Assembly (NCBI GenBank): GCA_001724265.1
Contig: MEDY01000262.1
Span: 1 to 43,061, forward strand
Direction of reading: 5' to 3'
From: Rhizaria sp. SCN 62-66
Lineage: Eukaryota
Length of the DNA stretch: 43,061 nt
Positions 22,476-33,707 of the stretch are shown piece after piece. The position numbers and the translations under genes were made by a program. The notes beneath the pieces are model-generated. The model was not told the origin of the DNA. It saw only the letters and a program-made list of their open reading frames with translations, and did no database searches. Position 1 is the stretch's first letter. Each line of letters opens with the position of its first letter.

Positions 22476-25400
22476 ATGTGCCTTTGCAACCGTGCTGCGC
22501 TCTCCGGTGTTGGCGGCCCCGGCTCCGCGCCCGCCCCCGCGTCAACCGAGCCCGTTGCGCATGACTGCCTGACGTCTGCGCGTCTGCCCACGCACGTCTC
22601 GCCCTCGCGCTACGACCTCACGCTGCTGCCCAACCTGCTGACGTGGACCTTCGCGGGTTACCTCTGCGCGCACATCACCGTCGCCGAGGCCACCAAGTTC
22701 ATCCAGATGCACGCGCTCGACATGGAATTCCTGTCCATCACGCTCACTCCCGGCCACCTTGCCTCGCGCGCCAACCCCCTCTCGGCCGCCACCCGCGCCG
22801 CCGCCGCCGCCGCCGCCAGCCCGTACTCCGTGTCGGCGCACGCGTTCGACGCGGCGTCGCAGCGCGTGCTGCTGACGCTCGCGTCTGAGGTCCCCGCGGG
22901 CGCGTACACGCTGGAGATTCAGTACAACGGCGTCATTGGCGACAACATGGCCGGTCTCTACCGCTCCACGAGCGTTGACGCTGACGGCACCACGCACCGC
23001 GTCGCGTGCACCCAGTTCGAGGCCACCGACGCGCGCCGCTGCCTGCCATGCTGGGACGAGCCCGCGTACAAGGCCGTTTACGGCTGCACCGTGCTCGCCG
23101 AGGCGCATTACACCGTCCTGAGCAACATGCCCGTCCTTGAGCAGTCCACCGTACGTCGCCGCAACATTCTCGCCTGAAAAGATCAATTTGACATTGTACA
23201 TCGTGGTGTATCGTGAAATGATGGCTGATCATGTTGTGATTTATGCGGATATCCACGTAAATGCGTGATTTTATAACCGAACACTCACATCTTACGCTCT
23301 ACGTATCATTCTTAATGTGCTTGTGTCTCTCTATCACGGCATCGTTTTCCTCTCAGGTCATGGCCGACACCCCCGGCGCGCACGGCCTGTCCGCCGCCGC
23401 GGTGGCCCCCAAGGGCTACATCAGCCGCCACTTCGGCGACACGCCGCTCATGTCATCGTACCTGCTTGCCTTCGTCATCGGCGAGTTCGACTACGTGCAG
23501 AAGACCACCGAGGCCGGCGTCGACCTCAAGGTCTTCACCCCGCAGGTACGCAGGATTCGTGATCATCAGCTCCTATTACTTTGAATATTGTCATATCTGC
23601 CGACGTGTCTGTATAACGCGATTGTATAACGCGATATTGCTTCTATATCGTAAGAAAGGCTCTAACGTTCGAAATCTCTTACACCTTTTAATCATATTAC
23701 CGTTTTCCTTTCGCTCCCACCCTGTTTTGCGCCACCTGTAGGGCAAAGCCTCCCAGGGCCGCTTCTCGCTGGAGCTGGCTGTCAAGGCGCTGGACTATTT
23801 CGCCAAGTTCTTCGGCGAGCCGTTCCCGCTGCCGAAGCTGGACCTGATCGCGATCCCCGACTTCGCGGCTGGCGCCATGGAGAACTGGGGCCTCATCACC
23901 TACCGCGACACGTACCTGCTTGTGGACCCGGCGACGACGACGTCGGCGACTCTGCGACAGACGGCGCGCACGGTGTGCCACGAGATCGCGCACATGTGGT
24001 TCGGCAACCTCGTCACCATGGACTGGTGGTCCTACCTCTGGCTCAACGAGGGCTTCGCGCGCTACTGCGAGTTCATGGCCGTCAACCACGCCTTCCCCGA
24101 TTGGAACGTCTGGCAGTGGTTTGTCGCCGACCCGTACAACCTCGCGCTCACGCTCGACGCGACGCCCAGCTCGCACGCGATCGAGGTCGAGGTCAACATG
24201 CCCGAGGAGATCAACTCCATCTTCGACGCCATCTCATACGCTAAGGGCGCCTCAGTGATCCGCATGCTCGCTACCTACATGGGCGACGCCTTCGCCGAGG
24301 GCGTGCGCGCCTACCTCAAGCGCTACAAGTACCAGAACACGCGCTCCGCCGACCTCTGGGGCTGCCTCAACGAGGCCTGGGAGCGCTGCGGCCGCACCGC
24401 GGGCACTTACGCCACGCAGACCGTCTCCTGGGTGCCCACCGCCGTCGTAGGCGCCGCCGCGGCCGCGAGCTCCGAAGTCAAGCCGTCGATCATGGACATC
24501 ATGGTGGGCTGGACGGGGCTGGTCAACTACCCCGTGGTGACGGTGCGCGCGCTCTCCGAGTCCCTCGCCGAGGGCACGGCCACGTTCCGCTTCGAGCAGC
24601 GTTCGATCCTCGCCATGTCGAGCGCCGCGCACGCCGGCGATGCGCGCCTGTGGGCCGTCATGCTCACGGTCGCCGCCCCGCTCTCGGCGACGCCCGAGGC
24701 GCGCCACTCGGTGCTCTTCAACGGCGCGAGCTGCGAGTGGACGTACCGCGCCAGCGCCGAGACCGTGGCCAAGGGCGCCGCCGCCGTGGCCAAGGAGATC
24801 GCGGCGCTCAAGTTCAACGCCGACTGTTCCGCCGTCGCGCGCATGCACTACCCCGACGGCGTGACGCCCGAGCTCAAGGCGTTGGTGTCCGCCAAGGGCG
24901 ACGGACTCCCCGCCCAGGACAAGCTCGGCCTGCTCCGCGACACCGTCGCCATGTTTGAGGTGCGTGCAAACAGGGCTTATATCTGAACGTATATTGTGGT
25001 ATTCTGTAACGAAACGGTATGCATTGATATTCCAATTCACCAACACTTCATTATTTTCATGTTCTTTGTGTGTTGCAGGCCGGCAAGCTGCCGATCGGCG
25101 AGGTGATCTCTGTCTTCCTGCTCTTCACGCAGGAGGACAACCTCCCCGTGCTGACCGCGCTCTCCGCCAACGTCTGCTCGCTGCTCGGCCGCCACAGCTC
25201 GCACGGCAAGATCGCCGCCCTGCGCCGGTCCATCCGCGAGGCCTTTGCGGCGCAGTACAAGCGCTTCGGCTGGGGCGACGTCGACCTCGCCACGGGCAAG
25301 CCCTCGGACTCGGTGGAGCGCTCCAAGCGCGTCGCCGTGCTGGCGATGATGGTCGCCGCGCGGGACCCGCTGGCGTGCACCGAGGGCCTCGCGCTCTACA

Positions 25401-26401
25401 ACGCCGTCATCGCCGCCAACGCCGACGTCGTCAACGGCGGCAAGGGCAAGACCGACCTCTCCATGGTCGCCCCCGACCTTCAGGTACGCGCATATCACCA
25501 CGATAATGAAGATATTATTCGCATCTATTTTGTTTACGCGCGTGTTTTGTTGAGGCAACATCTTGGCATTTGTCGCGATGGCTCACTTTGGTATTCGCTC
25601 GCTTTTCGCTTCACTCCACACAGGGCATGGTGTTCGCCCTGGGCGCCTCACACGCGGGCCGCGTCGTGGACTTTTCCGCGCCGCTGTCGAACGACTTCGA
25701 GGCCGTGATCCCTGCCGCCGAGGCCGACGCCGCGTGCGAGCGCGCCTTCACGACCCTGACCGCTCTGCACGCCGGCGCCGCGGGCTCCACCTCTGCTCAG
25801 CTCAAGGCCGTGTCGGGGCTCTGCGCGCTGGGCTCCATCGCCGTCCGCGAGGCCAAGACGCTGCCGTGGATCCTCGAGGGCAGCACTGTCCGCATGCAGG
25901 ACAAGCCCTCCGCGCTGGCGTCCTTCGCCAGCGGCAAGGGCGAGGCCGTGCTGTGGCGTTTTATCACCAGCAATTGGGCCGCCTTCTACGCCCGCTTCCA
26001 GGTCCGTGCAGCGACACCCAAAAATAATCGATGCTGTAGTCTGTATTGTGTGTCAACCTTCCAGTGTACTGTATCTATTGATGGATTTTATGACTTGGAT
26101 TTGATACTGCACCCGTCTCGCATCTCACTTATTGTTCCTTGTCTCTCCATCTTTGTAATCTTTGTTGCGCTATCCATCCGTACACAAACAGGCCGGCTAC
26201 CCGATTGGCCTGCGCACGATCGTGACGTCCGCGTCGATTAACCGCCGCACTGCGGAGGAGGCCGACGAGGTGGAGCAGTTCTTCAAGGCCAACCCGTGCC
26301 CCGAGGCCAAGGCCGGCGTGGAGCGCGTGCTTGACGTCGTGCGCGACAACGCTGCCAAGCTCCCCAAGGAGTGCGCCGACCTCGACGCCTACTACGCGTA
26401 A
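22476..26401 (+). CDS. M1 family zinc aminopeptidase, puromycin-sensitive aminopeptidase-like (~1024 aa, 6 exons)
   Basis: Exons 22476-23150, 23357-23545, 23742-24959, 25079-25483, 25624-26001, 26192-26401. Motifs RLP..P..YDL, TQFEATDARRCLPCWDEP, TPLMSSYLLAF, GAMENWGL, HEIAHMWFGNLVTMDWWSYLWLNEGFA (HEXXH-18-E), FDAISYAKGA. Stop TAA. Confidence 0.95.
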
Positions 26402-26771
26402 GGCCGAGATTTACACAGGCGCAAAGCAATGCCACTAATGCCACTATGCGAGCCATACGAACAAGAACATTTTTTTGCGTGGGGGAGTCTGTCATGTGTT
26501 AAGTGATAAACAAGATCAGGTTTTGTAAACGGAGGTGGATGATGTCACATTGCAAGTAACCGGTAAAAGAGGATAAAATACACATTTGAAAGTACAGTAC
26601 ATATACACACTTTACCTTTCACACATTCGAAGCTCTTGTGTTATCATCGATAGATTGTATTTTGTCCATATATTATAATTCGTATCACCAAGCATAAGCA
26701 CTCCAAATCACTCTACAAGCAATGCGTCACTAGAAGTCTGTTCTATGTCGGATTGATGCACTACCTTTGTC

Positions 26772-29756
26772 TTAATCTGAAAAGAAGAATGGAGAAGAGT
26801 TGCTGACTTCTGAGCGCGTGCCGAAATCGCAATGCGAACAACGTTGCGCTTGACAAAGTCCCTCAAAGTGCCGCAGCACGATGTCATTAAAGATATTCGC
26901 CCCACGGTCGTATTTCACCAGCTTTGTCCCGAGTGCAAACGACGTCACACGGCCCACGGGCACGGCGCCGCACAGGAGGCTGACTGGACAGGGTTTAAAG
27001 ACAACAAACCACGGCGTGTCGCACGACCGAGACCTGTCGGCACCGAGCAACGGCGTGACGCCCCGTGGATACATCAGCACCGTGCCTACCGGGTACAATG
27101 CAGGAGACTCGGCAGAACAAGGGGTTGAACCATCAGTGACGGCGCCAGTAAATTCTGTTGCCTCACCATACAGAACGTCCGTCTTTGGCAGCGCAAACGG
27201 TGTCTCAACGCACGGATATAGCGGGTTTGAATGAAAAATGGAAACAAAAGGTAACGTTGCCGAGGACTTGCCGGCAGGAACAAAACATTTATGAAAGCTC
27301 TTCCCAATCGTATGACTGTTTGCCGCGGCGCGGAAATGCGCGGCGTGACTGGGGAATCTTGCGTCATCAAGCCTGATCGCCATCGTATAACGATCCGGCT
27401 TTTGCGTGTGCATGTCGTAAATCGTGACTTTGAAGACCATGCTATGCATTTTCAAGCGGTTTTCCCCGACTCGGTTCCGGACAAACACCATGATCCGTTC
27501 GCGTGATTTGGCCTGGAGATGAAAGAGGGCAAGCGGCGACGGCGGTGATGGTGCGTTTCGTTGCTGCAACTTGGTGGCCTTCAAGCGGTGGGCCACGTCG
27601 GCAGGTTTAGCAGTTGGGCTAATCAGCTCAAGTCGAGGCGGGAGACCACTATCCTTCGCGATAAACGTCAAGTAGTTGTCAAATGCAGAATGCCAGTTAC
27701 CGTTAAACGCCTGCGCGAATGCATGCACGTCAGCAAGCGTCTGCCGGACATGTTCATCCGTGACGGCAACAGTCGCAGGCAAAGATAACGTCGATTCGGA
27801 GCTTACATTCGCGCTGCCAAGAAGCATTTGCAATAGATTGAGCTCGGCGCGCGCGGGGCTCGTAGCATCCTGTGTGCAATTAGCATAGCGGAGCAAAGCC
27901 AGCGTTTCAGGCCCACGCGCCGCCACAAAGCAGCCAAGGACAGCGCTCAGCCGGCTCATGTCACTGTTGTTTTTGTGCGAAGCAGCGTCGGCGCGTGGGG
28001 CCACACAGGCGGCGATAAGGATCCGCAGTATCCGCAGCGTCCGCGCCACCGCGACTGCGCCTGGCTCCGGGTCGAGACTGGCATCAGCGCCGCTGGGGGC
28101 CCACAGGGCGGCGTTGCGGAGCAGTGCGACGCAGCACTGCACGGCGTTGCCGGCGACGAGGGAGTGCGCAACACGTGAGACGTCGACAGTAAATGTGTCG
28201 GCGGCAGATGCTTCGTTGATACTAGAACCGTCCGCAGAACTAACTGCGCCGACAGCGTGCGCAGCAGTGGCAGCAGCACCACAAGCGACAGCTTCATGAC
28301 TGGTAAAGGCGGAAAGTCCGAGGAGGCACTCAAGAAGACTGGTCAGATTTCTCTGGAAGATCACCTTTTCAATGGCCCCGCTGGGATAAAGTCGGTGGTT
28401 GTCTTTCGAGCGCTCTACTTCATCGTATGCTACGTTGCAGATAAACGCCACCCCGTAGCAAACATCGCTGCCGATTCCCACAACAGTTAATTGTTGAGCG
28501 AAGGTTGGAAAGCGTTCTGCCAGCCGCGCTAACAGTCCTGCCAGCGGAACAAGAAGGGACCAATCCTCCTGTGATCGCCATCCTGCAGAGTTCCTCATCT
28601 TCAGAACGGCATGCCTCCGCTCCGGCGTAAAAACGCACTCTAATGTGTCATTTTCGAGAGTGAAAGCACAAAGATACAGCAAAATCAATGCATGCTCCGG
28701 CCTCTGGCCAAACTGAATATGCTGGAAAGTGTGGAATAACATGCCAAACTCATTACTCGATGAAAATGAAGCGATATCAGCGAGACACATCATGTCTTCT
28801 TTGTCAAGATTGTCATGGTCTTTCAATGTGTCGCGAAGAGGTGTGTTGCTTTCCGTGGTAAAGCTGAATGCTTTGACATTAAATGACCCTGATTTGCAGT
28901 TTAAGCGTATCCGCGACTTGAAGATTGCAGTCAGAGCCTCGTAGATGTCATTTGGCGCGCTCCAGGCACTTTCCCCGCCCGCGACAGCTGCCGCGTGAAG
29001 CCGGAGGAGCTCTGCGCGCAGCAAGGGAACGAATCCAGCTAGGACTTTGTACGGCACAGGGGGGTCGCAGCGAGCGCAGATACGGCTCACAGTTGAGCAA
29101 ATGATGTTTTGGGACCGAAAGCGGGCTTGATCACGTGCACGAGCAGCATCACGCGCAGCAGTGTCGCCGCTGTTGTCATCGCTGGAACTTGTGTCACGGC
29201 GCAAATGCTGCTGCTTACTGTCGTTGGTCTGCTGCATGAAAGCGAGCAGATGGTGAAGTGTGCTTGTACTACCTTTGGCGGGACAAGATTTTTTTGATTT
29301 TTCAACAACAGCTTGCGTTAGGGTAAGCAAACGAACTGAAACATCATCATTGTCACGAAAGTGGAGAGCTAAGGCAGCAAACAACTCACCTGCGTTGCGT
29401 TCAATGAGCGCATCAATTCCTGCCACAGCGTAGTCAAAGTTGAAATGAGACTCACTCAGATTATTCAAATCACAGCTTGAGATACTCGCAACAATCTTAA
29501 TAATAATGCTAAGCCGTTGGTCGCCCTCGCGGGGTTCAGTGGCCACCATGGTACAGGCGCCAAGCAAGCGCAAGAGCACGTCGTGGATGTTGAACTCGAG
29601 CAGGATGGGAAAGCAACTCTCCCTATGGTAACGCATGATTGTCTCCACCGTGTCCAGGACCCCGCGCAAATCGGAAACGCTTGGAACAGTAAGTGAAAGC
29701 AGAGGCGCTAACGCGGCGTAGAGCTGCAAATGTTCGGCGGAATATGAGTAACTCAT
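26772..29756 (-). CDS. Uncharacterised ~994-aa protein: helical ARM/HEAT-like region plus C-terminal degenerate cyclophilin-like domain
   Basis: Intronless ORF, first ATG at 29756, TAA at 26772. Leu-rich helical N-terminal two-thirds. The C-terminal ~200 aa can be aligned by eye to the cyclophilin pattern. Lower GC and more balanced codon use than neighbours. Confidence 0.7.
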   Translation of the reverse strand: MSYSYSAEHLQLYAALAPLLSLTVPSVSDLRGVLDTVETIMRYHRESCFPILLEFNIHDVLLRLLGACTMVATEPREGDQRLSIIIKIVASISSCDLNNLSESHFNFDYAVAGIDALIERNAGELFAALALHFRDNDDVSVRLLTLTQAVVEKSKKSCPAKGSTSTLHHLLAFMQQTNDSKQQHLRRDTSSSDDNSGDTAARDAARARDQARFRSQNIICSTVSRICARCDPPVPYKVLAGFVPLLRAELLRLHAAAVAGGESAWSAPNDIYEALTAIFKSRIRLNCKSGSFNVKAFSFTTESNTPLRDTLKDHDNLDKEDMMCLADIASFSSSNEFGMLFHTFQHIQFGQRPEHALILLYLCAFTLENDTLECVFTPERRHAVLKMRNSAGWRSQEDWSLLVPLAGLLARLAERFPTFAQQLTVVGIGSDVCYGVAFICNVAYDEVERSKDNHRLYPSGAIEKVIFQRNLTSLLECLLGLSAFTSHEAVACGAAATAAHAVGAVSSADGSSINEASAADTFTVDVSRVAHSLVAGNAVQCCVALLRNAALWAPSGADASLDPEPGAVAVARTLRILRILIAACVAPRADAASHKNNSDMSRLSAVLGCFVAARGPETLALLRYANCTQDATSPARAELNLLQMLLGSANVSSESTLSLPATVAVTDEHVRQTLADVHAFAQAFNGNWHSAFDNYLTFIAKDSGLPPRLELISPTAKPADVAHRLKATKLQQRNAPSPPSPLALFHLQAKSRERIMVFVRNRVGENRLKMHSMVFKVTIYDMHTQKPDRYTMAIRLDDARFPSHAAHFRAAANSHTIGKSFHKCFVPAGKSSATLPFVSIFHSNPLYPCVETPFALPKTDVLYGEATEFTGAVTDGSTPCSAESPALYPVGTVLMYPRGVTPLLGADRSRSCDTPWFVVFKPCPVSLLCGAVPVGRVTSFALGTKLVKYDRGANIFNDIVLRHFEGLCQAQRCSHCDFGTRSEVSNSSPFFFSD

Positions 29757-30377
29757 TTGCTTAATACGTGAATGTAAATAGAGTTCGATGCTTGGGGGCG
29801 TTGGTAACGTCGAAAACTGGGCTTTGAGACAGAAAGGAAAGAAACGAGGGACGGAACAGGAAGCAACAGGGGACAAAACGAGGGTGAAAATATATCACAG
29901 AACGAGAAGTTGCACACAAAAGATGCCGTTGGATATCACATTGTGTGAGAAGGCGGGGCGAGAGCACGGGCGAAGATATGGAGTAAAACGGGGAGCAGAG
30001 AGTCGCAAGAGGGAATGGAGTCCATGCGTGCGGAATATGAGGTGTGGCATGTCAGAGACTGAACAAATGAGGATGTTGGCCATAAAAAGGCAGCATGGAA
30101 TTTGTGATTGCTGAGGTATTGCTCGTGGGATAGAGTATACAGAGGACAATCAGCGAGAATGCCTCTCTGGCGACGTCATGGTGGAGGGTCCCATTTTCTG
30201 CGAACCGCCGTGGGGACGATTACTGGTAGAGATACGGGGTGAATGGTGTATTGAAACAGAGACAACTAATGCAAAAGAAAGAATATTAACTATTTAAAAG
30301 AACCAGCGCACTTTTGTTTTGAACAGAAGAGCGTAAAGAAGCCCGTAAGGTCTCCTTATGTGCGGGTTGCTGACTGG

Positions 30378-31310
30378 TTACGCCTTCTGGACAGGGAGGA
30401 AGAGCTTGAACTCCGGGGGCAGCTCTTCCTCTGAGTACAGGCGGTCACTGAAGTAGATGCGGCGGATGCGGCAGTTGGCGTGAATCTGCACGCGCAGCGT
30501 CTCGATGTAGTTGGTGCCGTAGGCGCGGCGGGTGAAGTCAGAGAGGTTGAACTGGATCTGGTTCCAGCCGTCGTCGAGGCGCATCGGCATCGTGCAGATG
30601 AAGGGCTTCACGCGCGTCGTCGTCTGGTAGTTGCTCGCGCGAAAGCGGCGGCGCACGTCTTTGTCGTCGAGCACCTGAACCTCGAATGTGAAGTACTTCT
30701 TCATGTTCTTGATGATCATGACGAGGAACGGGAGCTTGATGCCGAGCGTCTTGCTCTCGTCGGCGGGGCACGTGATGAATGTCGTGCTCACGTTGGTGCC
30801 CGCAATCTCAATCACCGACGACTGCACGTCCTCGTCGGTGATGCGCTTGATGTGGCCGTTGCGGACTGAGTGGCGGGGAGGAACATGAAAAGTGGTGATG
30901 GGAGGTGAGTATTTGGCAAAGTTAACTAGGTGCTGGCGTTGTCGTTATAATGCATCAGACGCAGCTGTCAAGCATTAAAATAGTATATAATGCACGCAAT
31001 TAGAAGGCGAACTCAGAGCAACAGCCGTCTAATCATTTACTAAGGTGGGTAAATTTGGCTTGTTAAAATGAGAACGAGTAACGAACCTTGGGCGTCCCAG
31101 ATCTGTAGAGGCTTGCTGCCAATGCTATAGAGAATCGACAGGAAGCCAGACTACATGGAACAAAATAAAATGTGGTGACGGTAACAAATTGTGAGCAAAT
31201 GAAATCTTTAATCCATTCCGTCAAGAGACAGCGACAAATTGATCGTTGAGAGTGAGTGAGGATCGAAATAGGGCAGAGGATAAACGTACCTGGTACGTGT
31301 TCTTGAACAT
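30378..31310 (-). CDS. CFAP20: Cilia- and flagella-associated protein 20 (BUG22/DUF667; ~190 aa, 3 exons)
   Basis: Exons 31310-31290 (MFKNTYQ), 31150-31087 ([21 protein letters not shown]), 30865-30378 ([71 protein letters not shown]). Near-identical to the conserved family sequence. Stop TAA. Confidence 0.97.
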
Positions 31311-32074
31311 GATGACGTGAAGTAAAACTCCGTTGGAGTGTGTCTATGTGGCTTTTGTGCGTAGTCCTTGGTGCTTATGAAACTTGTGTGAAGCCTGTAA
31401 AGTGCTACAGAGGAAAGAAAGAAGGTACAGAGCAAGACAGAGAAACGGATGCAGTCGTGAAAGAAACTGTCTCAGGATACATATTTAGAAATACAATAGT
31501 TTCGAAAATATAAATAAATGGTAGAATATCGTCGTAAGATCATGTTTATCTTCCCTCAATTTCAGTTGACGTTCGCTTTATGGCGTATGTATCTTTCGAA
31601 GATTGACTTCCTCAACGGCTCTCCTCTCACCAAGAGTAACGGTCACCAAAGGGCCACTATTGTCAAGACACGCACAAAATTGTGATATCTCGAGTAGATC
31701 AAACACACCAAAGATGAAACCGAATTCCAATGCGCTTCGTTATAGTGCAACTTCGAATCGCCGTGATATTCTTCTGAAGTGCTGAAAACTGAACAGATAT
31801 CTTAGCTTTTGACAGCGTAACGCTTCAGCACGAACAAGAATGACTTGAAAGAAGACCGTGTATTGTCCATAAACATGAAAGAATATCTTCTTAACTTTCA
31901 AAAACACACATAATACTCATAATAATTCGATGTTATCCCAAAATATGTAAACTTTGAGAAAAACAAGCAAGCGAAGCTTCGCTCTACAGTCTCTACACGC
32001 TTGCTTGCTGCTCTTGCTCTCACTCACTCTTCTTATTGCGTGGTCCTCTCAGACGCACAACCCCGTCCGCCGCT

Positions 32075-33675
32075 TTACCAGTAGTAGCACCAGCCAATAA
32101 AGCTCTGGCAGAGATTGATGTGGTCCGTGGCCTCGGAGATAAGCCGCTGCACCTGCTGCGGCACCGGCAGCGCCGCCGCCACGGCCGCGGCCTTTTCCTC
32201 GCCGCTGCCGCCGCTGACGGCCGCGGCCGCCGCAGCAGCAGCGGCGGCAGCGGCCGCGGCGGTGTCGCCCGTGGCGGCGGCGGCGGCGTCGCTGGGCGCG
32301 AATCCGCTGTGTGCGGGCGCGCTGGCAAAGTCCTTGCCGCGCAACTTGGCCTCAACGCGTCCAATGATCGTCTCGGCCTTGGCGTTGCGCACCGCGCCGT
32401 CACCGAAGTCGTCGCCGTCCTCGGTGCCGGCTCCCGCGCCGCCCGCGTTGCGCGCCTCAGCCGCGGGGTCCGCGCTCGCGTTGTTGTTGGCGGCGTCGGC
32501 GTTCGCGTTGTTGTTGTTGTTCTCAGCGTTGGCGGTGCTGGTGTTGGTCCCGGACGCGCCGGGCCCCTCGAGCTGCTTCAGCACGGCCGAGCCCAGCGGC
32601 AGCGGGATCGTGATGAGGCTGTCGCGGCGGCCCATCATCGGCGGCCCGGCCTCCGACCCGCCGCCGCCGCCGCCGCCGCCGTGCGTGCCCGCCGTCGCGC
32701 CCGAGGCCGACGACAGCTCGGCCTGCGCGCTCGCCGTCGCGGCCACGGCGGCCGCGATCGCCGCCGTCGTGCGGTCGAACTGCCGGTCGCGCCCGCTGTT
32801 GTTCGCGGGCCCGCTCGACGTCGCGCCGGCGCCCGCGTTCGCAGTATTCGCGTTGTTGGTCGCGTTGGCGTTGGCGGTGGTGCCGGCCGCGGCGGTGGCA
32901 GTGGCGGCGTTGTTGGCGGGCGTGTCTAGCGCGCGCCAGGTCATGAGGGGGTCGTAAATGAAGGCCTCGAGCACGGCCATGACCGAGTTCTTGCTCTGGC
33001 GCAGCGTCTGCATCACGCGGTTGCACGTCAGCCGGTACGTGCCCTCAATGCCGCTGACGTCCATGGCGTTGATCATCATGCGCGTGAGGCGGAACGGTAC
33101 GCGCTCGGGGAACTTGTCGCGGTGCATCGCCACCTCGAAGCAGTCGCCGAAGTCGATGTGCACGAGGCGGCCCGACTTGCGATCGATCATGATGTTGCAC
33201 GGGTGGCGGTCACCGAGGCCGAGGATGTAGCCGACAATGCTCATCACGGCCGTCGAGCGCGTCAGCAGCGTGCGGCGCCGCAGCCACGTGACGGCGTCGG
33301 GCGCCTTGATCCACGCCACCTCGCGCAGGTCGTGGCCCGAGGTGTTGGCGAGACACGACTCGAACACTTCGACGCGCTGCAGCGTCGCCAGCGACTGGTA
33401 ATCGGGTGCCATCTTGACCAGCAGGCGCTGCTCAATGTTGATGAGCGTCTTCTTGACCTCGCGATACTGCGTGATGAGGTCGTACATCGTGTCCGTGTGC
33501 GCCACCCACTCGATCAGCCCTGAGTTGGGCGACAACGGCGTCACTGAGTAGCGCTGGATCGCCAGCGGGCCCACGTCAGGCTCCACTAGCGCGCGGTGCT
33601 GCGCCTCGGAGTCTAGCAGCAGCCCCAGCTCCACGCTCGCGTCGCCCCCACCCGCCGCGGAGCTGCTGCTGTACA

Positions 33676-33707
<32 letters not shown>

